Assembly (NCBI GenBank): GCA_010405405.1
Contig: MU004241.1
Span: forward strand, 620,001-684,000
Origin: Microthyrium microscopicum
Lineage: Eukaryota
DNA length: 64,000 nt
Direction of reading: 5' to 3'
In this document: one piece after another, positions 40,624 through 52,651 of the stretch
Layout of the letters: each line of letters opens with the position of its first letter
Numbering within the stretch: position 1 is the first letter of the stretch
Translations under genes and position numbers: made by a program
The notes under the pieces: generated by a model
Told to the model about the DNA's origin: nothing
The model's input: only the letters and a program-made list of their open reading frames with translations
The model's database searches: none

Positions 40624-41263
40624 GTTTGGGATTGGAATTGATGGAGAGCGAAGATACTTTTTATGAGCGAGATGTAAGTCAGGTGCGAGTTGAGTTGAAC
40701 AATAGCAGAAAAGGAGAGAGATTCCCACATATAAATACAAGAACTACCACGGCCAATTTGGTCATCTTATGAATAATCGAAATAGGCCAAATTGGTCACA
40801 TCACAAAAGCGAAGCAGAAATCGGCGAATTTTGCCGAAATCCTCTAGGCCATCTTAATGTTGAAAATGATGACCGAAACCAATTGTGCTCTGAAAAGAGA
40901 GGCACCTAGGAGATCGATAATAAATATGATATGCAAATATATATTGACCTAGCATCAAAACATGGTCGAATAGTCGGCACTGTGAGATCTTGATGGACCA
41001 TGAACAAGTGCGAAACCCTCTAACCACGATAATCGCTCATTAACACATCTAACGACCACATACTATGTGTAATTTCTGTCAAGCATGTTCATATTGACTC
41101 ATTCCATCGAATTTGATGGGCAAGATGAAATGCTTTATTGTTCAAAGGTGATGGCAGCCATCGCTGTTCATGGGAATGCGCCGTAATTGGCCAATAGTTG
41201 TCAAAAGGCTTGCTTTAGTTCAGCCTTATCTCAGCCTTGCCCATTCACAACACCAGCTCAAAT

Positions 41264-44200
41264 GGGGAGGGTTAGCAAACGAAATCGTGCTCAATTCGTT
41301 TACGTGTTTTCTAGCCAAATCTAGGTTAGGGGCTATTAGCGCTCAAATCTACGAGTATTAAGCAAAAATAATACGTTATATACAAATTTTTCCTATATAC
41401 GTTTTCCTACTATAACGTTGTTATATTTTAATTAGATCTTAACTAAAAAGAGCCCAAAATAGATACTACTAAAGCTAACAATATTAAGATAGCTATTATT
41501 AGTATTTTAGTAATACTAATATATAAGCTTCTTAATAATAAACGATAAGATAAAGAATATAGGCTACTAATTGAATATATATAGTTTAATTAGTATCTTA
41601 AAGATAAGTTAGATTAAATATATAAAGTCAAATATTAGTATATACTATAAGCTTAGATTAAAGTAATATCTATAGTACTAATTAGTATATAATAGATTTA
41701 AGAAGAATAAAATATAATAGCTAGTAGAGATATTTAATCTTAATAACGTCCCTCTTCTATATTAAATTATATTTCTAAATAAAGGCAATTTCCTATTATA
41801 TATAGTATACTATAGGCTTATTAGAATTTATACCTATATTAATATTTATTAATACTTTAGAAGAAGTATTAATTATATAAAGTTCTACTTTAACGCTATA
41901 TTATTATACTTATATAATAAATATATAGAGTTATTATTACGATTCTACTCTCTCCTTATATTATTAAGATATAAGTAATATGCTAAAGCTATTAATTGTA
42001 CTAGTAGTATATATAAATTTTAGAGCTAGATTAATAGAATATATATTAATATTAGTAGGCTAGAAAGCGTCTAAATCTAGTAAGAATTCTATAGTAGTTA
42101 TAAAGGAAACTACTATATAAAAACGCAAGCTATAGCTACGCCTAATAGGATATTACTAGTACTTAATTATAGCTACTTTAGATTCTTAAATAACCTTCTA
42201 ATATTAATTAATTCTAGTCTTAAAGATAGGATTTAATAGATATTTAGTAATAGTCTAAAGAAGCTATTATATAGCGACGTAGCTTATCCTACTAATAATA
42301 TAATTATATCTCTATACTAAGGCATAGAATTACTTCTTTAGTAGTAGAACTTTAATCTATAATAAGCTAATATTTATATTGCTATAGAGTAGATATTTAC
42401 TATTTTAAAGAACTTATAGTAGGGAGAGACGTCTAACTATAGGCGTAATATATAAATAGGATTAATACTTATAGTATATTATTAGACTATATTAGTATTA
42501 TTTTAAAACTATAGAATAGTGTTATAGGGATATAATCTTATTTAGAGTTATTTTAGGGTTTTGCTATTATTAATTAATAAATATTTAAATCTTATAAGTA
42601 TATTTAATATTCTAATGCTATTAAAAGGGAAAGAAGAAGATGATTTAAATAGTATAGAATAATTATAGTATTTATTAAAGATGTTAAAGTTATAGAGTAA
42701 AGTTAGATATTTTTATTAAAGGAAGAAAAGTTAATAAGGTAGGGTTAGCTAATTATTTAATCCTTCTATATACTTTTAAAGCTTTTAGTATCTATTATAA
42801 GATTTATATAAAAACTATATTCTAATACTACTACTAAATTACCTAGAGAATACTAGAATAATCTTACTAATGCCTATTATCTAAAAGACTCTTTAATAAC
42901 TTCTTTATCTTTATTATCTCTAAGTATAATCCTTTTACCTTTTCCTTTAAGCCTATAACTTTACCTCCTTTACTACTACTACTACTACTACTACTACCTA
43001 TAAAATTATTAGCATTACTACTACCCTAATTATTATAATCTCTAAGAGCCTAAATAATTAATTTAGACATCTTTATAATAGTATCTTTTAGTATATAAAT
43101 TTCCCTAGTTCTTTTATACTTTTTCTGCGCTCTTAGAGTTAAAGTAGAAGCCCTTAAAGAGTAAGGAATTACTAGAGGGGTAGGGATACCTATAAGATTT
43201 AGCTATAGGTTATTAGAACTAATATCTTAATGTATTATTACTAATATCTCTTTAGAATTATTAAATAATTCTACAATGTTGCTATTACTATCTAAAAGAA
43301 TATTAATTAATAGGGTACCTTTCTCTAAGAGTCGTTTAGTAAGATTATTATGAGTTATAAAGCTATTATTCTTCTATATCCTTTTAGTTTTAGTAGTAGC
43401 CTTTTTAGCTTTAATAAGGTTATCGTAATAGGTCTATATAGGTTTAAATTAATTAAGCGCCTATCTAAATTCATTATACAGAATATTGTAGCCTAAAGGA
43501 TTTAATCTCTCCTCTATTTACTATAAAATTACTCTCTCTACTACTACTATTATTACTACTTTAGTAGGTCCTTTATCTATTACTAGATTCTTCTTAGTTC
43601 TATATAGGATAGAAACTATATACTACTACTAGATCTTTTATCCTATAAGGGCGTTACTACTAATACTACTATAAGTATTAATCTTCTCTAAATAGTAATA
43701 AAGAGCTATAGTTAATACTAGTGAAGCTTAATCTAGGTGCTACTTCTTACCTCTATTTAAAGAGAGTACTAGCGTTAAAGATACTAGAGTCGTAGGAACT
43801 ATAGGTACTAGTGTAGTAGTAAATGCTTACTATGAAGAGGAGGGTAAATAAGGCTTTAGCTAGCTTTGTAATAGTAATATTAGCGTAAACTAATCTAAAG
43901 ATAGTAGTATAGTACTATTTTGGCGTATATTTCTATATTGTAGTTAGGGCTAGAGATCCTATAGTAGTAATAGTAGTATTTGCTAAGAATTAGCCTTCTA
44001 GCTAAATTCCTATATCTATAATCCTATAATAAAGTTAAAATTAGGATTTTAGCTAATATACGCCTTATTATAGGGTATTTACGTAAGAGCTATCTTATTA
44101 ATATTATAGGCTTTCTTAAATAACTCTAAATACTATAATTCTAGCTATTCTTATAATTCTTACTATTATAGAAGGTACTAAATTAACTCTTCTAGTAAGG

Positions 44201-44565
44201 AATTAGTATTGTTAAGTAAGTATTATAAATTTAAAGATATACTAATAATATAGATAAATTTATATAGTATTTTACTACCTATAGCTATATTAAAGATTTA
44301 TTTAACTTTATTAACTTTAATAGCTTTAGCGACTTTAGGATACGTCCCCTAATGACATTCTTAGACTTGTAAATTAACGGAATATCGTTTAAATAGATAC
44401 TAAGCTAATCCTATCTTAGTGCCACTAAACCCTTTTGATTAAACGAAATGGAAGTTAAGCTACTAGATCTTAGGTCTAGCGGCTTGACTTCCTTTTCGTT
44501 TACTAGCTATTTTGGGTAAAGATCTGCAAACGAATTGGGCATGATTTCGTTTGCTAACCCTCCCC
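41264..44565 (+). mobile_element. RIPed PIF/Harbinger-superfamily DNA transposon (ANT TSD, Pangu-like)
   Basis: ~40-bp TIR GGGGAGGGTTAGCAAACGAAATC..; TSD AAT/AAT. The de-RIPed + strand gives FWGWIDG..RP..FYSG..PDG..LYGD.AY transposase motifs (~41460-42560). Confidence 0.9.
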
Positions 44566-44923
44566 AATCAGCTCAATTTTGGCAACATCTGCCCTTGTTC
44601 CTGCCTCATTTTGTTGGCGCTAACGCCGCATTTGATATTGCTCAGGATGGATGGTACTGATTGAGACACCGCTTCGAAGATCAAGATACCTATCAGTTGC
44701 TATCCCTAAATAATGCAAGCTAGGAAGGTGAGCATGTACTTATTGATCTTTCATTGGCTGAAAGAGAGCACAGACAGTGAAGAGTCTGCAAAACGCACGG
44801 AAAAAGGTTACTCCTATGTCGAAGCCTAGCATGTGCCTAGGAGAAAGGTTGTTCCTTAGTCCGGCTTGGCGAAAGTGAGAGACGTTTAAGCGCATCGCCC
44901 GAGCCCACCACTCCATCCCTCCT

Positions 44924-45166
44924 TAGCTCTCTTTGGTTTGTGTTCCCTCGCCTTCAAGTTTGGATGCAGTTTGCTAACAGTGTGCAGCCTTTTGGCTTAG
45001 ATCAAGTGTAGTATCTGTTCTTACGACCTTAACAGGTCGTACACCTCTACGTGAGGAAGTACAACTGTTAAGCCACTTTTTGCAACCAGCTTGCGCACTC
45101 CCTGGGCTTGCCCATAGTCGCAGGCACTGTGTCCTCTGTATTGCACTGCCTCAGAGTGACGCGAAA
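44924..45166 (+). ncRNA. U2: U2 spliceosomal snRNA containing a 52-nt spliceosomal intron (44936-44987)
   Basis: Spliced AGCTCTCTTTG|CCTTTTGGCTTAGATCAAGTGTAGTATCTGTTCTT matches the fungal U2 5' end. Stems IIa/IIb/IIc, Sm-like ACTTTTTG and stem IV loop TATTGCAC present. Mature size ~190 nt; ends approximate. Confidence 0.93.
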
Positions 45167-46167
45167 TCCTTTTTTTCATTGCAGTCTTTGCCTAGAGCAG
45201 AGATGTGAGGAAGAAATACTTCAACCTTTTATTGAATCGTGGAGGGCGATATTGCTTGATACTGAGTTTTGGTGGTGAATTAGGGACGATGAATTTTGGT
45301 GGTGAAAACTCAAAATCTGTGCGTTTAGCGGGCGCTGTAACAGCGGTCAGGTCTTTCGTTGAACATTCAAGCAGTATCTTGGTACTATCGAACAGTGGAT
45401 AGATGTCTAGTTGCTATATTCTACACTTTCATTGCCATATAGATTGCTCATGAGCGACATGCTGTTGGACAAAGTAAACATTGAATGACAGCAGCCTTTG
45501 GTGATGGGAGCAAAAGTCTTTCGTCAAAACTCTTCGATGGAACATTGAAGTGCCATAGTTCCCATCGCCTTATTCACACTAAATCAGCGTTTTAGATCAT
45601 AGACATCACAGGTGACGGAAAGCGATCAGCTTTTTTGTCCATTTTGGTCAGCAATCTTGAGTGCGAGGGTTGGCTGAAATTTTGGTCCAGCGGTGGTGGG
45701 TACAGCAAATCTACGACGGCATTGCCAGGCGGCATCTGGACTGGCTAGTAGAGCAGATACATCTCATAGCATGATACTTATAGTCTCATAGACTCAAGAT
45801 AGATACGCAGCAAAGCCATCATCCAGAGTCGAACGCAACGCACAGTGATCGCACTCATTAAGGCCCCTCCATCAATATTCAGCACCAGCGCGGAGTAACA
45901 AGCCAGATAGGTAAACATGCAAAATGGCTCTCAGCCACGACTGTAGCTTTATACATCTATAGATTGTGATTTCAAGTATCTATTTGCAATATAAAGTCGC
46001 TCTTCAACAAGCCCACAGCCCTTCGCTATTCGCCAGCTAGGCTCACCTCGGTACAGGCAAAAAATGGATTCATCAACACCAGCAATAGCTCACATGCCAA
46101 TCAGCCGCAGATATCTAGCATCTCCCATCTAACCAGTATCATATCATAATATTCTTATCACTACATA

Positions 46168-47014
46168 ATGAAGCCGGCAGACCGAACCTTTGTCATCTCA
46201 GGCGCCTGCTCTGGCCTCGGGCTTGCCACAGTTCGCGACCTTCATTCCGAAGGAGCCTACATCGCCTTACTCGACCTCAACGAAGATGCTGGCGCAGAAA
46301 TCGTCAAAGAGCTAGGCGACCGCGTCAAATTCTTCGAATGCGATGTTAGCGAGACCAGTAGCGTAACAAAGGCGGTACATGGTGCGGCAGAATGGATCAA
46401 GACTACAGGAAAACCAATGGGCGGAGTGGTAGCTGCCGCTGGTGTTGGGGGCGCACAAAAGGTGGGTTGGAAATGATCAAGCTTCACTTCTACACTGGTA
46501 GCTAATATACAATCAGATCGTCGACGGGCGAACAGGCGAACCAATTCCCATTGAAGCTATCGACTTCATCCTCAATATCAATATTCGTGGAACGCTCGAT
46601 CTTGTCCGACTCTGCATGGCCCATCTTGTCAAAGTTACTCCTACGAGCCCCGATGGCGAGCGTGGTGTTCTCATTCTCGTGGCTTCATCTGCTGCCTTCG
46701 ATGGTCAACCGGGCCAGGTCGCATATGCTGCCTCAAAAGGTGCCATCGCTTCCCTTACACTTCCGCTAGCTCGAGATGTTGCACGATATGGCGTACGAGT
46801 TGTTACAATCGCACCAAGTTTGTTCGAGAGTAGGATGACTGCGGTATTGCCTGAGAAGGCTCGAAAGAGTTTGGAGCGGGTTATGGAATTTCCAGTTCGT
46901 GCGGGAAAGCCGGAGGAGTTCGCGAGCTTGGTTCGACAAGGTGTTGAGAACTTGATGCTGAACGGAACGGTCTTGAGACTTGACGGGGCAATGAGAATGC
47001 CCAGTAAGATGTAA
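46168..47014 (+). CDS. 3-hydroxyacyl-CoA dehydrogenase type-2 (HSD17B10-like SDR)
   Basis: SGACSGLG, ERGVLILVASSAAFDGQPGQVAYAASKG, MLNGTVLRLDGAMRMP; intron ~46462-46517. Confidence 0.92.
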
Positions 47015-47097
47015 AAACTGTTAGAAATATTATGCCATAGAAGTGTTTCTGGAAACAATATTCAAACAGAGAATCAAATCCATACGGAATCGGATAT

Positions 47098-47814
47098 TCA
47101 TCGCTTTCTCTCTCTAACCTTGAATTTGACACCTTTTTTGTTGACACCTCCAATACTGTTGCTCATCTTCGCTCTTTGTAGTTCCAGTTCCCTCGAAGCA
47201 GTGATGAGCTCTTCTTCCCGTTTCTTCAGGGCCTCCAGTGTCCGTAACTCCTGTTTTCGTGCCTTTGACTCTGGTGTCTTGCTCGGCACATCGTCATCTT
47301 CTTCGCTTAACCATATATCCTCGCTTTCGTCATCCTCGCTCTCCTCTTCTTCCACTTTATATGCATCCCGATCCTCCACAGTTTCCACGAAGACGACCTT
47401 CTTCGCGTTGCCGTCAAAGCCTAGAGCCTCAACCCCATCATCACCAACTCTTAACGCACCCTCTATCCGTGCTCTCTCCAGCCGCGTACGCTGCAACACC
47501 GTCCGTAAATATCCAGCATCTTGTGTCTTGAGCAGTTGTACCACCTCATGGCTCAGAGCCTTATTGCCACGATCACCAATTTTGACGCCTGCCTTGGTGC
47601 GCGTGCTCATCATGCCGAAGGTAAACTCATCGGGGTTACGGTCGCGTGCTTTCTCACGCAGCACCTTTAGATGCTTGCGCTTCTTCTTGTGGTCTGCAGC
47701 ACGTAGCGAGTAGTCGCTGTGTTTTTCGAGGAGGCCCCATTTGGCGCGTGAGGCAGGTTGGGCGCGTTCGCGGTGGTTGCGCCGCTGAATAGCGTTGCGC
47801 ATTGTGGAGGACAT
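47098..47814 (-). CDS. UTP11: U3 snoRNP/SSU processome protein Utp11
   Basis: MSSTMRNAIQRRNHRERAQP..GLLEKHSDY..RNPDEF.FGM..LLKTQD..KVRERKR. Confidence 0.95.
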   Translation of the reverse strand: MSSTMRNAIQRRNHRERAQPASRAKWGLLEKHSDYSLRAADHKKKRKHLKVLREKARDRNPDEFTFGMMSTRTKAGVKIGDRGNKALSHEVVQLLKTQDAGYLRTVLQRTRLERARIEGALRVGDDGVEALGFDGNAKKVVFVETVEDRDAYKVEEEESEDDESEDIWLSEEDDDVPSKTPESKARKQELRTLEALKKREEELITASRELELQRAKMSNSIGGVNKKGVKFKVRERKR

Positions 47815-48207
47815 GGCGGGCGGTGGGCTGCGGGAGAACGGTTTTCGACAGTGTATTTGTGTTCAGTAGAGCAGTTTGACGTAGTAAACGCGGATTTTGA
47901 AGTATGGGTTCGCGTGTGAGGTGTAAGAAAAGTTGGTTGGAGTAGAGTAGTTTCGATGGTTGGATGTACAAATTTCCCACTTTTTTTGGCGGGCAAAAAC
48001 GACCCAAATTTTGCACTTCCTCCACCACCAAATCACTTATTTTCATCGTCTGTTCTCACCATCGATAATACGTTGATTTGCGTTGATGATTAATCTCGAC
48101 TCTGAAACTAAGCATCCCTTAATTGCTAAAAAGATACTAGGAACTCCTTAGGATGTCTTGATCCACGCCCGTCACCCGAACATATTCCACATCCTTTCCG
48201 GCTTCGA

Positions 48208-48585
48208 CTATCGTGGAGCTGGCCCATCCTCCTGCTTGATCTCAAACTTCTCAAGGTCCGGTCTATCCAGCATTCGACAGTTAATTCCCATCTTCTTGAC
48301 TGATTTATCTGGGTGTGCCCAATGTGTCACGCAACCACAAATTTTACAACGGTGGAATTCCAAGTACTTTCCTTCGTTTGCTGGCTTGTTGCGCACGTAG
48401 ATGTCGGTTTCGCCTTCAATTTGGACTTGGCTTGGCTCGTAATAGGCCCACAAAGCAGCGTAGCGACCACAAATTGAGCACAAGCATTGGTTCAAGGGCC
48501 TGTCAGTCGTTGATCTGGTGAAGTGGATGCGAACGGCTTTGCATTGGCAGGTCGCGGTGAGTGAGAGCTTTTCGGATTCTGCCAT
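48208..48585 (-). CDS. GFA/CENP-V-like (Mss4-like) zinc protein
   Basis: CQCKAV, CLCSIC, FHRCKICG..MGINCR pattern. Confidence 0.88.
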   Translation of the reverse strand: MAESEKLSLTATCQCKAVRIHFTRSTTDRPLNQCLCSICGRYAALWAYYEPSQVQIEGETDIYVRNKPANEGKYLEFHRCKICGCVTHWAHPDKSVKKMGINCRMLDRPDLEKFEIKQEDGPAPR

Positions 48586-49037
48586 TTGTGATTGAGATGG
48601 TGAGAAGAGCTGAGATCATATGGGATTGAATGAGTTTAGAATAGTTTTAGGCTCTCGTACACGCTCTATCTTGGTTTTTTCGTGTTAAGATAGCACGATG
48701 ACTCTGCTTCCCCTCATCGCAGCCTAGAAGCTTACCGTATTGTTGCATCTGTGTTGCTTGGGCCGCGCTGTGATTGGCGACATGGACAACGGCGTTTGAC
48801 AAGGCTTCTCTGCCTTTCTTTGTACTTGTACAGAAAAGATCCATACATGCATTATGACGAATCCTCGATAGACATCTTTCAGCTGTTGCGGCTTCGTGGT
48901 TGCATGGTCACGCCAAACGAGCTGCTGGATCACGGGCATCAATTGACCATCTGAATGTTAAGTACTCTATCTCTACAAGCAGACTGAAGTAAATCTCACT
49001 GCCAAATGTTCATGTATTCACACTCAATTATATTCAA

Positions 49038-49786
49038 TTATGGAAGGCTATTCTCGACCATATCAATGCCATAAGTTGGCTTGTATCCTTTAATAAATCG
49101 TACACCATATTGCTCTGAAAAAGATTCTACCATCTTGTTAGCAAGACATCAAGTGGTTTCCTCCTTTCTCCAAACTTACCAATGGTGGCTTGAGGTTTAG
49201 TCTCTGCAAAACCACACAATATACGACGTATTCCTGCCGCCAAGTCCAATCGCGGAAATTCTGCAGTGACGGCATGGTACTCGTCCCAAGTCAACGTCTT
49301 CGTAGGATCAGTTGTCGGCCCTTGGAAGTCACTGGCAATGCCAGCACCAACAACCTGTACCAGTGGCTGTTTGAATGCTGCAATGCTGGGAGTGGTATGC
49401 AACGCAATTGCGTCCCAAATAAGATCTTTCTTGCTCTCGTCCAGGTTGCTCGCAAGACCATCCTTTTGCTGCTTGTCGATCCAGGCGCGGGCTGCAATGG
49501 CACCGTCAACTTCAAAGCGTTTGTCGCTGGATATCAGCTCGCCTGTATTGTCCCATCCGAGGTCGTGCATGATTGCTGCGATTGCTTGGGCTTCTGGGTC
49601 AACTGGGCCTAGGAAGGGCTCAAGTTTCTTGGATATAGTGACGCCGAAGAGCCAGCTGCGCATTACGTGGTTGTATGTCATGTCATCGCTGTGGGCACGG
49701 GCATATTGCTGAGCAGCTTTGACGAGATCGGTATCTACCACTGTTACTCCTGCGATTGTTCTTGTTGGTTGTTGTGAGGATGCCAT
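49038..49786 (-). CDS. HD-domain metal-dependent hydrolase (cyanamide-hydratase-like family)
   Basis: YNHVMRSW, AIMHDLGW, RFEVDGA, WDAIALHT; 3' intron ~49128-49180. Confidence 0.85.
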
Positions 49787-50363
49787 TTGGACGAATGGAA
49801 CTTTGATTGCTATCACTATAGGCTGTATCAAAGCTGGGAAGTGTAATGAAAAACGGGTCATCAAGTTTTTATGGCCATGGGACAAACAGCCTTATATGTT
49901 TTTAAAAACATTCCAAATGTTTATACAACCAGATCTCCTCGGTTCTTCAAGCTCGCAGCTCCAACGCATTAGTGTGGATGACTAAACTATCATCAGCAAT
50001 TTCCGATTTTGGTTGATGAGAATAAACATAAACCGTTACAGCGCGGATCCGCAATAATGGTAGTGATTTGTTGTACATTTCCAGCAGCCAAGCGGATGGC
50101 AACTGGAAGCGATGCGACGGAGGGCTGTTGTAAGCGGGTTATGTAGCAAATAGCTGATTTCCATTGCGGCTATTTTCGTCTCCTGGCGTTAAGCAAGCTT
50201 GCAGTAACATTAATGCAAGCCCAGAACTTGTTATACAAAGCGTTTGAGGACATGAAATATGGTGACCATGTGCAATTATGTCTGACCAACATAAGGTACC
50301 ATGGATACAGGTATGGAGCAACATAATGTTAAGCAGACTCTCCTCTCCCAGATATAAGGTCCA

Positions 50364-50861
50364 TCATGTATTCCCATTCACAGCCTGAGAACCCTCTAGT
50401 ATCGCCAGTAAATCGTTACGTTTGAACATCTTTGCGCAGTCGACAGCATTCGGGTGCCCAGCATTGACATCCGCATGTCCTTTCTCAACCAAAACTCTCA
50501 CCACATCCATGTATCCTTTGAATACTGAGCCAGCTAGAGGGCTCTGTCCGCGATCATTGAGGGCATTTGCATCAGCTCCAGCATCTAGAAGCATCGAAAC
50601 CGTTTCGGCATGGCCATGGTACGCGGCGAGCATCAATAACGTGTCTCCAGTGCCGTTTGTGAGGTTAGGAGGAATGCCGGCTTGGACGTAAGGTTGCAGA
50701 CTTGTGGTAGATCCGGCACGAGCATGATCAAAGAGTTTTGTGGCTAATTCGATCGCTTCTGGGGGCAGACTTGAGGCATCCCGTGTTGTGCTTGTGGCGG
50801 TTGCCTCATTTGATGATGAAGGTTGAGATGGAGCAGAAGAGGGATGTGTTTGGTCCGTCAT
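50364..50861 (-). CDS. small ankyrin-repeat protein
   Basis: GDTLLMLAAYHGH, NDRGQSPLAGSVFKG. Confidence 0.9.
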   Translation of the reverse strand: MTDQTHPSSAPSQPSSSNEATATSTTRDASSLPPEAIELATKLFDHARAGSTTSLQPYVQAGIPPNLTNGTGDTLLMLAAYHGHAETVSMLLDAGADANALNDRGQSPLAGSVFKGYMDVVRVLVEKGHADVNAGHPNAVDCAKMFKRNDLLAILEGSQAVNGNT

Positions 50862-52651
50862 AATACTACATGGAAAGTTGGACTCCTCGAAATCTCCTGG
50901 CTGAATCTGACGGGTGAAAGCGGCAAAACTTTGGAAAATGTAAAAGCTTGGAGCTCAACAGGTTGAATCTGACTCAAGACCTCTACATTCAAAAAAGCTT
51001 TCAAGAGATCTGGGCATCGAGATATAAACAGTGTAGGCGACCAGTTTGCTCAATCATAGAATTTGAGCGCGAATAGTCAACTTGAAGTGGCGGCCGCACC
51101 GAACAGGAAGCTGAATCGCCCGAGAACAGTTGAAGGACGACTCGGAATTGATGATGTATGACGTCATCATTGACTGGAGAGTTTTTTGCTACATCATGTC
51201 TATCGGTCATGAACCCCAAATCAGATGGTTTCATGTGCTTTTATGTATTTTACTTTTCTTTGGATTGGAAGGGCTCTGCTTCTTTTCCAGAGTACGTGCT
51301 TACCATAGTGAAGTGCGGTGCTGAATGGAGAATTGTACGCAGATCCTTCAGCCTTGTTCTCAGCCTTATTGGGAAAAAGTACAGCTTTACTAGTATGGTC
51401 TTTGCTAGCAGGCTCATATCATGTTATAAGAAAAATTTCAAGACCAGTGCGCACAGGAATCATCAAGGCCATTTGTGAGGACGCTCCCATCGAGTACGAT
51501 GTCTGCCATAACACGTCTTATAAAGAGTGATCGTTTTGTTTCTCATCACTGTACTCGATGGCATCATTCCCTTAAAGGCTCTGCTGATTGTGACACAGAA
51601 AAGGAGAAATAGCAGCAAAACGCAGTAGTAACATTATTAATCACGTTTTGAATTGGCAAAGATTTGTTATTTGGACAGCCTAGCGCTGTTATTAAGATAA
51701 ACTACTAATTGGATCTAGTAGATCGCTGATATAGTGAGATCGAAGCATCACTTAGAGGCCTCGAACTTTCGTCCAGTGGTAACGCTGCTATTGAAGGTAT
51801 ATCTTGGTGATCTGGCACTTTACATAGCGTCAATTGGCTACGAATTGCCTCTACATCAGCAGCCTCTTTCAAAGCTTTACCTGATAAAAATTAGACATCA
51901 GTTCCAACACCATCCAGGCAATGGCACTTACTAGCCCGTACTTCCCTTTCGCGGCAGACTCGTCTTTGAAAGCCACTGTATGAATATTCCTCACCGCTTT
52001 CGAGCCGTAAGAAGCCATGAACTGTAGTCCCACAGAGTGGCTAGAAAGTGTTAGTTACAGACTACAGTAAACGCACGAAAATATCATGGTGAATGCTTCG
52101 ATGAAGAACCATCACACTTCATGGTTGCCACCAATTGCGATGGGCGCCACGATGTGTTTTTGGCTTTATCATATATCCTCAAAAAATGTAATTTGACGCG
52201 GGGGTTTCTTACATATCGAGCGTATAGTCTGGCAGGCCGCAGAGTGATTGCGCTGGTAAATATTAGCCATTGGCATACTGATACATTGAAAGATATCAAT
52301 TGCCATGGGAGCCATCGCCTGCTATGAAAGCCATCGATTAGGATAGGGACTTCTTGCCAGGTGGGAGCATACGAAACATCAAAGGATACGCGACTTACTG
52401 TACAAAGGCGATCGGTCGAGACAGATGCCTTCCAATGCGATGGGAGCCATCTAGTCAGTTGGCAATCACGAGTTCACAAAAGAAACAAGACTTGTTTGTA
52501 TGCAAGAAAGTCCATCGTATGGACGAAATTGACGTATCACATATAAAGTCTTCAACGCGCTCAATGCTCAATGCTGCAAAATCATACTCTATGAACTTTA
52601 AAATAACCGATACTAAAGGCAACCCGGAACATCGAACAGAACACGCCTTGA

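Noticed and set aside
35538..41205. MITEs between genes as an integron-like cassette array
   Set aside because: Copies have individual TSDs, both orientations, and one lies inside a gene. No recombinase is present, so ordinary transposition explains them.
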